64,000 nt of DNA from Actinomycetota bacterium. GTDB lineage: Bacteria; Actinomycetota; CADDZG01; WHSQ01. The stretch spans positions 451 to 64,450 of the forward strand of contig JBHELD010000012.1 in assembly GCA_046263255.1 (NCBI GenBank), read 5' to 3'. This document shows, piece after piece, positions 16,938 through 25,485 of this stretch. The notes under the pieces are model-generated. The model worked only from the letters and a program-made list of their open reading frames with translations, was not told the origin of the DNA and searched no databases. Numbering within the stretch: the first letter of the stretch is position 1; each line of letters starts with the position of its first letter. The position numbers were made by a program, and so were the translations under genes.

Positions 16938-18116
16938 CTACGAGGGCGCGCGCAGCCCCGCCGCCCGGCGCATCAGCGCCTCGCCGATCGGGTCGGCGAA
17001 GCGCGCCACCAGCGGGCCGGTGAGCGCGAGCACGAACACGTAGCTGATCGCGAGGGCCTCGAAATCGGCCGCGACTCCCGCGGCCGTGGCGAGGCCGGCG
17101 ATCGCGATCGAGAACTCGCCGCGAGCCGTGAGCATCGCGCCGGCGCGGATCCGTCCCCTGACGGCGACGCCGGCACGCCGCGCACCGATCCAGCCGGTCG
17201 CGACCTTGGTCGCCGCCGTGACTACGGCGAGAACGGCCGCGGGCGTCAGGACGGGAGGTATCGAGGCGGGGTCGACGGAGAGGCCGACGAACGCGAAGAA
17301 CATCGCGGCGAACAGGTCGCGCATCGGCATGAGCAACCCTTCCGCCGCCTCGGCCGCAGGACCCGAGAGGACGATCCCGACGAGCAGCGCCGCGACGGCC
17401 GCGGAGAGACCGAACTCCTCGGCGGCGCCGCCGATGAAGATCGTCATCCCGAGGATCGTGAGCAACAGCGCCTCGTCCGAATGGCTGAAGACGAGCCGGC
17501 TGACCCCGACCTCGATGCGCGTCGCGGCGCCGAGAACGAGGACCACGATCGCGACGGCGAGGAGTGCCGGAACGATCGTCGTCACGTCTCCCGTGCCGAC
17601 GAGCAGCGCGGCCGCGACGGGAAGGTAGAGCGCCATCACGAGGTCCTCGATCACGAGAGCCGACAGGACGACCGGGGTCTCGCGGTTGCCCGACCATCCC
17701 TGGTCCGCGAGGACCTTGGCGACGATCCCGGACGACGAGACGTAGGTGACGCCGCCCAGCACGACCGCCACGACGACGCCCCACCCGAGGAGGAGCCCCG
17801 CGGCGAAACCCGGGACGAAGTTCAGCACGAGGTCGACCGCGCCCGTGCGCGCGTGGCCGCGCAGCGTCGATATCAGCTCGGCCGCGGTGTACTGCAGGCC
17901 GAGCATGAACAGCAGGAGGATCAGCCCGAGCTGCGCTCCGACCTCCACGAACTCGTCGGCGGTCACGACGGGGACGATCCCGCCCTTGCCGAACGCCAGA
18001 CCCGCGGTCAGGTAGAGCGGGACGGTGGGCAAGCCGACCTTCGCCGCAAGCCGTGAGAGGACGGCCAGCCCCAGGAGGATCACACCGAGCTCGACCAGGA
18101 GGGCCGAGTGCTCCAC
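16938..18116 (-). CDS. cation:proton antiporter (CPA2/Kef-like)
   Basis: About 12 hydrophobic segments. The N-terminus LLVELGVILLGLAVLSRLAAKVGLPTVPLYLTAGLAFG is typical of the Na+/H+ exchanger family. Start GTG 18116 lies 5 nt after the stop of the upstream regulatory subunit gene. Confidence 0.85.
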   Translation of the reverse strand: MEHSALLVELGVILLGLAVLSRLAAKVGLPTVPLYLTAGLAFGKGGIVPVVTADEFVEVGAQLGLILLLFMLGLQYTAAELISTLRGHARTGAVDLVLNFVPGFAAGLLLGWGVVVAVVLGGVTYVSSSGIVAKVLADQGWSGNRETPVVLSALVIEDLVMALYLPVAAALLVGTGDVTTIVPALLAVAIVVLVLGAATRIEVGVSRLVFSHSDEALLLTILGMTIFIGGAAEEFGLSAAVAALLVGIVLSGPAAEAAEGLLMPMRDLFAAMFFAFVGLSVDPASIPPVLTPAAVLAVVTAATKVATGWIGARRAGVAVRGRIRAGAMLTARGEFSIAIAGLATAAGVAADFEALAISYVFVLALTGPLVARFADPIGEALMRRAAGLRAPS

Positions 18117-18120
18117 GCGG

Positions 18121-18606
18121 CTACCCCGCGCGCAGGAGCTCGACGAGCTGCTCGACCCCCCGCGCTGTGCCGACGACGACGAGATAGTCGCGCGCGAGCA
18201 GCTGCTGATCCGGCCCCGGAGCGGGTATGGCCTCGTCACCTCGCACGATCGCAACGACCGAGACGCCGGTGCGCGATCTGATCCGGGCGTCGCCGATCGT
18301 GCGCTCCGCGTAGGCGGAGTCCTCGCGCAGGGGGAGCCAGTCGATCACGAGACCCTCGATGCGTTGCTGCAGCTCGGCCAGCTGCTGCGCGATCCGCGTC
18401 GCGCCGAGCAGCTCTGCGAGCGTACGTGCGTCGTCGGGCAACAGGCCCAGCACGCGGGTCATCTCGTCCGGATCGTCGGGTCGCGAGACGTAGATCTCCC
18501 GGGAGCCGGTGCGGTGCGAGATGACGCCGATTCGCTTTCCTTCGGAGGTCTCGAACTCGTACCGGATCCCTACTCCGGGAAGCTTCACCTCGTGGATCTC
18601 GCTCAT
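18121..18606 (-). CDS. cation:proton antiporter regulatory subunit (KhtT-like, TrkA-C domain)
   Basis: MSEIHEVKLPGVGIRYEFETSEGKRIGVISHRTG...RTIGDARIRSRTGVSVVAIVRG...VVVG matches KhtT/YhaT-type proteins. AAAGGA precedes ATG 18606. Confidence 0.8.
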   Translation of the reverse strand: MSEIHEVKLPGVGIRYEFETSEGKRIGVISHRTGSREIYVSRPDDPDEMTRVLGLLPDDARTLAELLGATRIAQQLAELQQRIEGLVIDWLPLREDSAYAERTIGDARIRSRTGVSVVAIVRGDEAIPAPGPDQQLLARDYLVVVGTARGVEQLVELLRAG

Positions 18607-18682
18607 CGCAGTCCTTTTCGTCACGGTGGAGGCTTCGGCGCCGCCAGTATCGCGGGCGGGTTACGGGGCTGGACGGTTAAAG

Positions 18683-18702
18683 TACCCTGGGGGGGTATGG
18701 TA
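18683..18702. promoter_or_regulatory. CsoR-type operator-like inverted repeat TACCCTGGGGGGGTA(TGGTA)
   Basis: The TACCC-N5-GGGTA palindrome with a G-tract ends 6 nt upstream of the ATPase ATG. From memory it is close to the B. subtilis copZA CsoR box TACCCTACGGGGGTA. Confidence 0.45.
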
Positions 18703-18707
18703 CCTAT

Positions 18708-20765
18708 ATGACGTCCGAGGAGCAGGATCACACGACAGCGCAGGAGCGGCACCCCGCCGGGGCCGAGACCGACGCAGGGCACGGCCACGGCGGGCACGCC
18801 CACCACGACCCGGCCGCGTTCCGCGACCGGTTCTGGGTCGCGCTCGCGCTGGCGCTCCCGGTCGTGTTCTTCAGCGAGATGTTCCAGGAGCTCCTCGGCT
18901 ACGCGCCGCCCTCGTTCTCCGGCAGCACTCTGATCCCGCCCGTCCTCGGGACGGTCATCTTCGTCTACGGCGGGTGGCCTTTCCTCACCGGGGCCGTGCA
19001 GGAGGCGCGGTCGCGGCAGCCCGGGATGATGCTGCTGATCGGGCTCGCGATCACCGTTGCGTTCGCGGCGAGCGCCGCAACCGAGCTCGGCGCGTTCGAC
19101 CTCGACTTCTGGTGGGAGCTCGCCGCGCTGATCGCGATCATGCTCCTCGGCCACTGGCAGGAGATGAAGGCGATCGGCCAGGCGAGCAACGCCCTCGCGT
19201 CCCTGGCCGAGCTGCTCCCGGACGACGCCGAGCGGGTCGCCGACGGCGGCGTCGAGACGGTGCCGGTCTCGGAGCTGCGCGAAGGCGACGTGCTGCTGGT
19301 GCGGTCGGGCGCCCGCGTCCCGGCCGACGGGCGCGTGGTGGAGGGCACCGCCGCCGTCGACGAGTCCATGCTCACCGGCGAGTCGCGTCCGGTGACGAAG
19401 TCGCCCGGCGACGAGGTCACGGCGGGAACGGTGGCGACGGACTCTGCCCTGCGGATCGTGGTCGAGGCCGTCGGCGACGACACGGCGCTCGCAGGGATCC
19501 AGCGCCTCGTGGCGGAGGCGCAGCGCTCGCGCTCGCGGGCGCAGGCGCTCGCCGACCGTGCGGCTGCGCTCCTCTTCTACGTCGCCACGGCGGCCGGGCT
19601 CGTCACGTACGCGGCATGGACGGCCGGCGGGGAGCCGCGGGGGGCGATCGAGCGCACCGTCACCGTCCTCGTGATCGCGTGTCCGCACGCGCTCGGGCTC
19701 GCCATCCCGCTGGTGATCTCGATATCCACCGCGCTCTCCGCTCGCAACGGGATCCTCGTCAAGGACCGGCTCGCGCTCGAACGCATGCGAGAGGTGGACG
19801 TCGTCCTCTTCGACAAGACGGGCACGCTGACCGCTGCGCAGCACGCCGTGACCGGGGTCGCGGCGGCCGCCGGCGACTCCGCGGCCGTCCTCCTCCTCGC
19901 GGGAGCGGTGGAGTCCAACAGCGAGCACCCTCTGGCACGTGCGCTCGCGGCCGCGGCCGCCGAGAAGGGACAGCTTCCTCAGGCGAACGGCTTTCGGTCG
20001 ATGACCGCCCGAGGAGTCGAGGCGAACGTGGACGGCCGCACGCTCGCGGTGGGAGGGCCGAAGCTGATGCAGGAGCGCGGCGCCGGGGTCCCCGAGAGCA
20101 TCGCGGGGGACGTCGAGACGTGGAAGCGTCGCGGCGCCGCCGTCCTGTTCCTGCTCGAAGGAGACCGCGTGCTGGCCGCGTTCGCGCTGGAGGACCGGGT
20201 CAGGGACGAGTCGCGCGAGGCGGTGCAGACGCTCCACGCCATGGGCGTGCGCGTCGCGATGATCACCGGCGACGCGCAGCAGGTCGCGGCTGCGGTCGCC
20301 GAGGAGCTCGGGATAGACCAGTTCTTCGCCGAGGTGCTTCCCGAGGACAAGGACTCGAAGGTCGCGGGGCTGCAGGAGCGAGGCGACCGGGTCGCGATGG
20401 TGGGCGACGGCGTCAACGACGCGCCGTCGCTCGCGCGCGCGGACGTCGGCATCGCGATCGGCGCGGGGACGGACGTGGCGATCGAGTCGGCGGGCGTAAT
20501 CCTCGCCTCCGACGACCCGAGGGCGGTCGCCGGCGTGATCTCGCTGTCGCGGGCCTCGTACCGGAAGATGGTCCAGAACCTCGTCTGGGCGACCGGCTAC
20601 AACGCGTTCGCGATCCCTCTCGCCGCCGGCGTTCTCGCCTGGGCGGGGGTATCGCTCTCGCCCGCGGTCGGCGCGGTCCTGATGTCTGCGTCCACGATCG
20701 TCGTCGCCGCCAACGCGCAGCTGCTGAGGCGGCTGGACCTCCGTCCCGCCGCCGTCGCTGGATAG
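18708..20765 (+). CDS. copB: copper-translocating P1B-type ATPase (CPH motif, His-rich N-terminus)
   Basis: His-rich N-terminus [17 protein letters not shown], transmembrane CPHALGLA, phosphorylation site DKTGTLT, and hinge GDGVNDAP. Confidence 0.9.
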   Translation: MTSEEQDHTTAQERHPAGAETDAGHGHGGHAHHDPAAFRDRFWVALALALPVVFFSEMFQELLGYAPPSFSGSTLIPPVLGTVIFVYGGWPFLTGAVQEARSRQPGMMLLIGLAITVAFAASAATELGAFDLDFWWELAALIAIMLLGHWQEMKAIGQASNALASLAELLPDDAERVADGGVETVPVSELREGDVLLVRSGARVPADGRVVEGTAAVDESMLTGESRPVTKSPGDEVTAGTVATDSALRIVVEAVGDDTALAGIQRLVAEAQRSRSRAQALADRAAALLFYVATAAGLVTYAAWTAGGEPRGAIERTVTVLVIACPHALGLAIPLVISISTALSARNGILVKDRLALERMREVDVVLFDKTGTLTAAQHAVTGVAAAAGDSAAVLLLAGAVESNSEHPLARALAAAAAEKGQLPQANGFRSMTARGVEANVDGRTLAVGGPKLMQERGAGVPESIAGDVETWKRRGAAVLFLLEGDRVLAAFALEDRVRDESREAVQTLHAMGVRVAMITGDAQQVAAAVAEELGIDQFFAEVLPEDKDSKVAGLQERGDRVAMVGDGVNDAPSLARADVGIAIGAGTDVAIESAGVILASDDPRAVAGVISLSRASYRKMVQNLVWATGYNAFAIPLAAGVLAWAGVSLSPAVGAVLMSASTIVVAANAQLLRRLDLRPAAVAG

Positions 20766-20872
20766 GGACGGCCGAGGGAGGCGGAGGTGCCCGCCCCCGG
20801 GTACCCTCTGGGCACCCTCGCGGCGGGCGGGGGCGCAGCTTCGACCCGAGGGAGGCCCCGGTCCAGTACCCG

Positions 20873-21433
20873 GTGACGCAGTTCCTGTACAGGCCGATCT
20901 CGACGCGCGTCGCCAACGTGCTCGCGCGGACGAGGATCTCGCCTCTTGCGGTGACCTGGACGGGCGCGGCGGTGGCGCTCGCCGGTGCCGTGCTCCTCGC
21001 CGGCGGCTACTACGTCGCGGGGGCCGCGGTGACCCTCGCCGCCGTGATCGTCGACTGCGTCGACGGCGATCTCGCCCGCGCCACCGACCGCTCCTCCACC
21101 GTCGGCGCCTTCCTCGACAGCGTGCTGGACCGGTGGATGGACGCCGCCCTGGTCCTCGGTCTCGTCTACTCCGACGTGGACGACCTCGCTGTGGTCGGGG
21201 GCCTGGCGCTCACCGCGTCGCTCCTCACCTCCTACACGCGCGCGCGGGCGCAGAGCCTCGGCGCCGACTGCCCCGAGGGGATCGGGGGCCGCGACAGCCG
21301 GATCCTCATACTCGTCGTGGCCGCGGTCGCGGGGATGGCGTGGTGGGGACTGCTCCTGGTCGCCGTGACGGGATTCGTCACCTCGATCCAGCGAGCGGCG
21401 CTCGCGGCGAAGCGTCTGGGTTCGCTGCCCTAG
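20873..21433 (+). CDS. CDP-alcohol phosphatidyltransferase family protein
   Basis: DCVDGDLARATDRSSTVGAFLDSVLDR fits the signature D-x2-DG-x2-AR-x8-G-x3-D-x3-D. Only the last 187 codons of track ORF 18509..21433 look coding. Start GTG 20873 is tentative. Confidence 0.75.
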   Translation: MTQFLYRPISTRVANVLARTRISPLAVTWTGAAVALAGAVLLAGGYYVAGAAVTLAAVIVDCVDGDLARATDRSSTVGAFLDSVLDRWMDAALVLGLVYSDVDDLAVVGGLALTASLLTSYTRARAQSLGADCPEGIGGRDSRILILVVAAVAGMAWWGLLLVAVTGFVTSIQRAALAAKRLGSLP

Positions 21434-21500
21434 GTCCGGCGCCCGAGCTCGCTCCGGTTCGATACCCTCTCCCGGCGACCTACTAGAAAGGAGTGCGGAA

Positions 21501-21929
21501 GTGGATGCGCCCACCGCGGCGCCTGTCGCCGGAGCCTGGTCGCCGGCCCGGATCTACCTCGTCACGTCGGGGATCTTCCTCGTCGCGGCGTCGCTGATCG
21601 GATTCACCGTCAACAGCGCGTTCCCGTCCACGCCCGATGCCGTAGATGCTGCCGGGAGCGGCCACATCCTCGGCGTCTTCGAGACGAACGGCTGGCACAA
21701 CCTGACGGCCCTGATCAGCGGCGCGATCGCCCTGGGCTTCGCGGTGAAGCCGGAGTGGGCGAGGCTCGGCGCGTTCGTGAAGGGCTTCATATACGTCGCC
21801 GTCACGGCTTCGATCGCGATCTGGGGGCCGGAGGCGTTCAAGATCGCGTCGAACGCCGCCGACCAGGTCGTGCACGCGTCGCTCGGCGTGACGGGCCTGG
21901 CGGCGGCCGTCATGACGCCGCGCGGGTGA
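21501..21929 (+). CDS. DUF4383 domain membrane protein
   Basis: 142 aa with four hydrophobic segments. ILGVFETNGWHNLTALISG is the DUF4383-like motif. GAAAGGAG lies 6 nt upstream of GTG 21501. Confidence 0.7.
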   Translation: MDAPTAAPVAGAWSPARIYLVTSGIFLVAASLIGFTVNSAFPSTPDAVDAAGSGHILGVFETNGWHNLTALISGAIALGFAVKPEWARLGAFVKGFIYVAVTASIAIWGPEAFKIASNAADQVVHASLGVTGLAAAVMTPRG

Positions 21930-21933
21930 GCGC

Positions 21934-24732
21934 TCAGCTACACGGCTTCGGCTGCCACCGCGGCGCGGTCTCGTAGCCCGCGGAGCGCGTCAGCCGGCGC
22001 AGGTGCGTGCCGTCGGGATCGATCGCGTAGACGTCGGTCGAACGACCGTGCGATCCGAGAAAGACGATGCGCTCCCCGTCCGGAGACCACTGCGGCGACG
22101 TCTCGTTGCCCGGAAGGTCGGTCACGCGCCGCTGCGGGCCCCCGTCGGCGTCGACGACCCACAGGTCCGCGTCGCCCTCGTCGTGCCGGACGAAGACGAT
22201 CTCCGTCCCGTCCGGCGACCAGCGCGGCATCGTCGTATCTCCTCCCGCGCGCGTGAGCTGCGTCGCGCCGTGGCCGCTGCGGTGGACCAGGAAGATCTCC
22301 CTCGCCGCGTTGTGGCTCGTCGTCTTCTCCGGCGTCGCCGCGATCGCGACCCACTGGGAGCTCGGCGCCCACGACGGGTCGTACGACATGTGCCCCGGCA
22401 TCAGCTCGATCTCGCCGGCACCCGACGGCGTGATCAGGTAGACGCGCTTGTAGTAGTCGTCGTCGGTGTTTCCCTCGACCGCGATCAGCTCGCCGTCGGG
22501 TGAATGCTCCGGATGCATACGCCCGGACTCGCTGTGGGTAAGTGCGGCGACGCGGCCACCCGAAGAAGCGACCGAATACACGTCGAACGACTCGTCGCCG
22601 AGGCTCTCGGTCTCGAAGACGATCCGTCTGCCGTCCGGCGACCAGTCGGGAGTGAACGACGCAGCCCCCTCGCCCTCGTCGACGACCTTCCTCAGCGCCG
22701 AGCCCTCCGCGGAGACCGTGTAAAGGTTCGAGTCGTACCCGCCACCGTCGAATGCGATCCTGCGGCCGTCGGGCGACCACGCCGGCTCGTAGTCGTGTCT
22801 CTCGCGCGGCGGGATCACGTCGCCCGAGACGCGCCGCTGGTTCGCGCCGTCGGAGCGCATGACGAACACGCCCCTGTCCTCTTCGGTCCTGCTGAACGCG
22901 ATTCGCGACGCGGCCGCCGGCGCCGCGCACGCTTCGCACCCGCCGTAACGATCGTCGCCGGTCCCGCCGACGCACGAGTCGTTTCCGGCCCCGCCGTCGA
23001 GAGAGTCGTTCCCGGCGCGCCCGCTGCTCGTGTCGTCGCCGGCGTCGCCGTGGATCGCGTCGGCCCCCGCGCCCCCGTCGGAGACGTCGTGGCCGTCGCC
23101 GCCGCGCAGGACGTCACGGTCGTCGCCGCCGAGGACGAAGTCCTGGCCGTCTCCACCCATCAGTCTGTCGCGGCCCTCGGCACCGTCGAGCGCGTCGTCG
23201 CCCCCCCCGCCGTCGACGGAGTCGTCTCCGGCGTTGCCGTAGACCACGTCGTTCCCGCCGCCGGAGGAGATGTCGTCGTCTCCCGCGAGCCCGCAGATGA
23301 CGTCGTCGCCGGAGGTGCCGGTGAGCTCGTCGTCGCCGGAGGTGCCGGCGATCGCACCGTCGCTCGAGCACGGATGCGACCGCAGCCGCTGAGGTCCCGG
23401 GGGCGGAACGGGAACCGACTCGAGCTCGCACGCCTCGAGCTCCTCGCCGGAGAGACAGAGGTCGGTTCCGCCGCCGCCGTCGAGGGCGTCGCGGCCCCCG
23501 CGGCCCACGAGCTCGTCCGTGCCGCCCTCGCCGGAGAGGACGTTCGGGCCGTCGTCGCCGTGGAGCACGTCGCGGTCGTCCGACCCACGAACGTTCTCGA
23601 TCGCGAGCAGCGTGTCGTCGCCCTGACCGGACGCGGCGCCCGCCGCGAGGTCGACCGTCACGCGTGCGGAGAACACGGCGGTGTCGCTCCCCTCGCCCCC
23701 GTCGAGGACGTTCGGGCCGCGCCGGCTGCGCAGGAGGTCGTCCCCCGCCCCGCCGTGCTGCTCTCGCCCGTCGAGGACGTCTTCGCCTCCGGCGCCGTAG
23801 ATGACATCGGGGCCGTCGTCGCCGTCGAGCCGGTTCGACCCGTCGTCGCCGCGGATCGCGTCCCCGGCGGCGCTGCCCTCCGCGTGCTCGATCCCGGTGA
23901 AGACGTCGTTGCCGTCGCCGATCGCGGTCCCGCTCGGGAGATCGATCGTCACCGCGGTCAGCCCCCTGTAGGAGATGGTGTCGCCGCCGGGGCCCCCGGT
24001 CACGGTGTCGTCGCCGCCCCCCGGGCCCACGTCGTCGTCCCCTGCCTCGCCGTCGAGGTCGTCGCGGCCGTCGCCGCCGAGGACGAGGTCGTCCCCGCCG
24101 CGGCCTTCCACGCGATCGTCGCCGCCCTCCATCGAGAAGCGGTCGCCGCCGGGGGAGCCGATCACGACGTCGGCATGGTCGGTCCCCGAGAAGCCGGTGA
24201 TCCCGCTGAGCGTGTCCGTGCCACCGGCGTCGGTCAACGTGCCGGCGGTCAGATCCGCAACCGCGCCCTCTTCTGGCTCGGGGCGGACGCTCGTGCGGTT
24301 GATCGTCTCGTCGCCGCTGCCGATCAGCGTGTCGTTCCCCGGGCCGCCGCCGACGGTCTCGCCGACGAACCCGTACGGGAACGGGTTCGTCTCGCCGGTG
24401 TCGAGGAGGTCGTCGCCGGGGCCGCCCCCGAGCTGGTCGGCCGCGGTGTCCCCGTGCAGCCGGTCGTCTCCCTCCTCGCCGCTGATCTGGTCGGGGCCGC
24501 CTCCGCCGCACACGAGGTCGTCACCCGCCCCGGCGTCGACGTCGTCGATGCCGCGCCCGGCGAAGATGACGTCCGGTCCGGGCGTTCCCTCGATCTCGTC
24601 GTTTCGTGGAGTGCCCACGATCGTGGCGCGTTCGCCGCGGCACGTCGGGGGGGCCGCGTGGGCGGGAAGGCCCGCCACGGCAATGGCTGCCACGGTAAGG
24701 AACGGAAGCCAGCGTCGTGGGGACGGGTCCAT
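21934..24732 (-). CDS. secreted protein: two RTX/beta-roll calcium-binding modules fused to a TolB-like PD40 beta-propeller
   Basis: Signal-like MDPSPRRWLPFLTVAAIAVAGLPAHAA. Dozens of GGxGxD nonapeptide repeats. The C-terminal half has repeated PD40 motifs (PAWSPDGRRIAF, PDWSPDGRRIVF, PEHSPDGELIAV, PRWSPDGTEIVF, PQWSPDGERIVF). GGAGG precedes ATG 24732. Confidence 0.85.
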   Translation of the reverse strand: MDPSPRRWLPFLTVAAIAVAGLPAHAAPPTCRGERATIVGTPRNDEIEGTPGPDVIFAGRGIDDVDAGAGDDLVCGGGGPDQISGEEGDDRLHGDTAADQLGGGPGDDLLDTGETNPFPYGFVGETVGGGPGNDTLIGSGDETINRTSVRPEPEEGAVADLTAGTLTDAGGTDTLSGITGFSGTDHADVVIGSPGGDRFSMEGGDDRVEGRGGDDLVLGGDGRDDLDGEAGDDDVGPGGGDDTVTGGPGGDTISYRGLTAVTIDLPSGTAIGDGNDVFTGIEHAEGSAAGDAIRGDDGSNRLDGDDGPDVIYGAGGEDVLDGREQHGGAGDDLLRSRRGPNVLDGGEGSDTAVFSARVTVDLAAGAASGQGDDTLLAIENVRGSDDRDVLHGDDGPNVLSGEGGTDELVGRGGRDALDGGGGTDLCLSGEELEACELESVPVPPPGPQRLRSHPCSSDGAIAGTSGDDELTGTSGDDVICGLAGDDDISSGGGNDVVYGNAGDDSVDGGGGDDALDGAEGRDRLMGGDGQDFVLGGDDRDVLRGGDGHDVSDGGAGADAIHGDAGDDTSSGRAGNDSLDGGAGNDSCVGGTGDDRYGGCEACAAPAAASRIAFSRTEEDRGVFVMRSDGANQRRVSGDVIPPRERHDYEPAWSPDGRRIAFDGGGYDSNLYTVSAEGSALRKVVDEGEGAASFTPDWSPDGRRIVFETESLGDESFDVYSVASSGGRVAALTHSESGRMHPEHSPDGELIAVEGNTDDDYYKRVYLITPSGAGEIELMPGHMSYDPSWAPSSQWVAIAATPEKTTSHNAAREIFLVHRSGHGATQLTRAGGDTTMPRWSPDGTEIVFVRHDEGDADLWVVDADGGPQRRVTDLPGNETSPQWSPDGERIVFLGSHGRSTDVYAIDPDGTHLRRLTRSAGYETAPRWQPKPCS

Positions 24733-24850
24733 CGGTACCTCCGTTCGGAAGAGATGGCCTGTCCGGGTGACTCCCGGGCCGGCTCTTCCGTTCCGTAGCG
24801 GGCGGGCATGGCCGGATGCCGTGATACCTCGCGCGGGAGGCCCGAAGAGT

Positions 24851-24890
24851 GATGGGGGTGATGGTGCCGCACGGAACCATCACCCCCATC
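24851..24890. promoter_or_regulatory. perfect 15-bp inverted repeat (10-nt loop) in a divergent intergenic region
   Basis: GATGGGGGTGATGGT (24851-24865) and ACCATCACCCCCATC (24876-24890) are exact reverse complements. The repeat lies between the divergent starts at 24732 (-) and 24970 (+). Function is not established. Confidence 0.7.
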
Positions 24891-24969
24891 CGAATCGGGA
24901 CCTCCTCACACGAGGGGCATCCCCGCAGGGCTGAACGGTCTGCCTAACCCCAATCGGTAGCATGGCGCC

Positions 24970-25485
24970 GTGCCAGAGCGCGAGCCGTTGTTCCGTCAGG
25001 AGGCCCTCGAGTACCAGAGGCGGAGGGCCGCGCCCGCGGACCTCGTCAGGCTCTCGTCGTGGCCCAGGAAGGCCTTCTGGGTCGTGCTCCTGTGCGTCGC
25101 GGGGCTCGTCGTCGCCGCCTGCGTGGCGAAGGTCGAACGGGTCGGGCTGGCGCTGGCGCTCGTCGAGGACGGGGCGGTTACCGCGCTGCTGCCCGAGGGA
25201 CAGGGCGCTCCGCCCGAGGAGGGCTCCGACGCGGCCTACGTCCCTGCCGCGGGCGGCGGCGAGATCGACGTGCAGGTCGAGTCGGTCGAGGCGTCGGTCC
25301 CGGCGGAGGAGGCGCGCGACCGGTTCCCCGGGGTCGCGCTCGCGATCGACGGCCCCGTGACGATCCTGCGCACCACGCCCGTAGACGCCGGGGGGGACTT
25401 CGGCCAGCTACGGGTCCGGACGGGGTCGGAGCCGGTGATCGTCGCCTTCGTCCCCGGCCTGCGAGAGATCTTCGGCGACTCATGA
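24970..25485 (+). CDS. minimal HlyD-family secretion adaptor-like protein
   Basis: The N-terminus PLFRQEALEYQRR followed by one TM segment (FWVVLLCVAGLVVAACVA) is the hallmark start of CvaA/LcnD/HlyD-type bacteriocin secretion accessory proteins. At 171 aa it is short, with no long coiled coil. Its stop overlaps the next ATG as ATGA. Confidence 0.55.
   Translation: MPEREPLFRQEALEYQRRRAAPADLVRLSSWPRKAFWVVLLCVAGLVVAACVAKVERVGLALALVEDGAVTALLPEGQGAPPEEGSDAAYVPAAGGGEIDVQVESVEASVPAEEARDRFPGVALAIDGPVTILRTTPVDAGGDFGQLRVRTGSEPVIVAFVPGLREIFGDS

Noticed and set aside
15751-18056. 677-aa (minus) and 717-aa (plus) ORFs across 15.7-18.1 kb
   Set aside because: Both are extremely Arg/Asp/Gly-rich. They overlap four well-supported genes (secreted protein, PPOX, antiporter, KhtT-like) in other frames or strands.
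18509-21433. 974-aa plus-strand ORF overlapping the copper ATPase
   Set aside because: It is off-frame relative to the ATPase over most of its length and Arg/Gly/Pro-rich. Only the final 187 codons (CDP-alcohol phosphatidyltransferase, 20873..21433) look genuine.
24324-24872. 182-aa ORF starting MRHHHPHH, possibly a His-rich leader peptide read from the inverted repeat
   Set aside because: The His codons are simply the CACCATCAC arm of the palindrome. The frame continues off-frame into the RTX gene with Arg/Pro-rich composition. The equivalent upstream frame of the paralogous RTX gene (29468) does not encode His-rich sequence.
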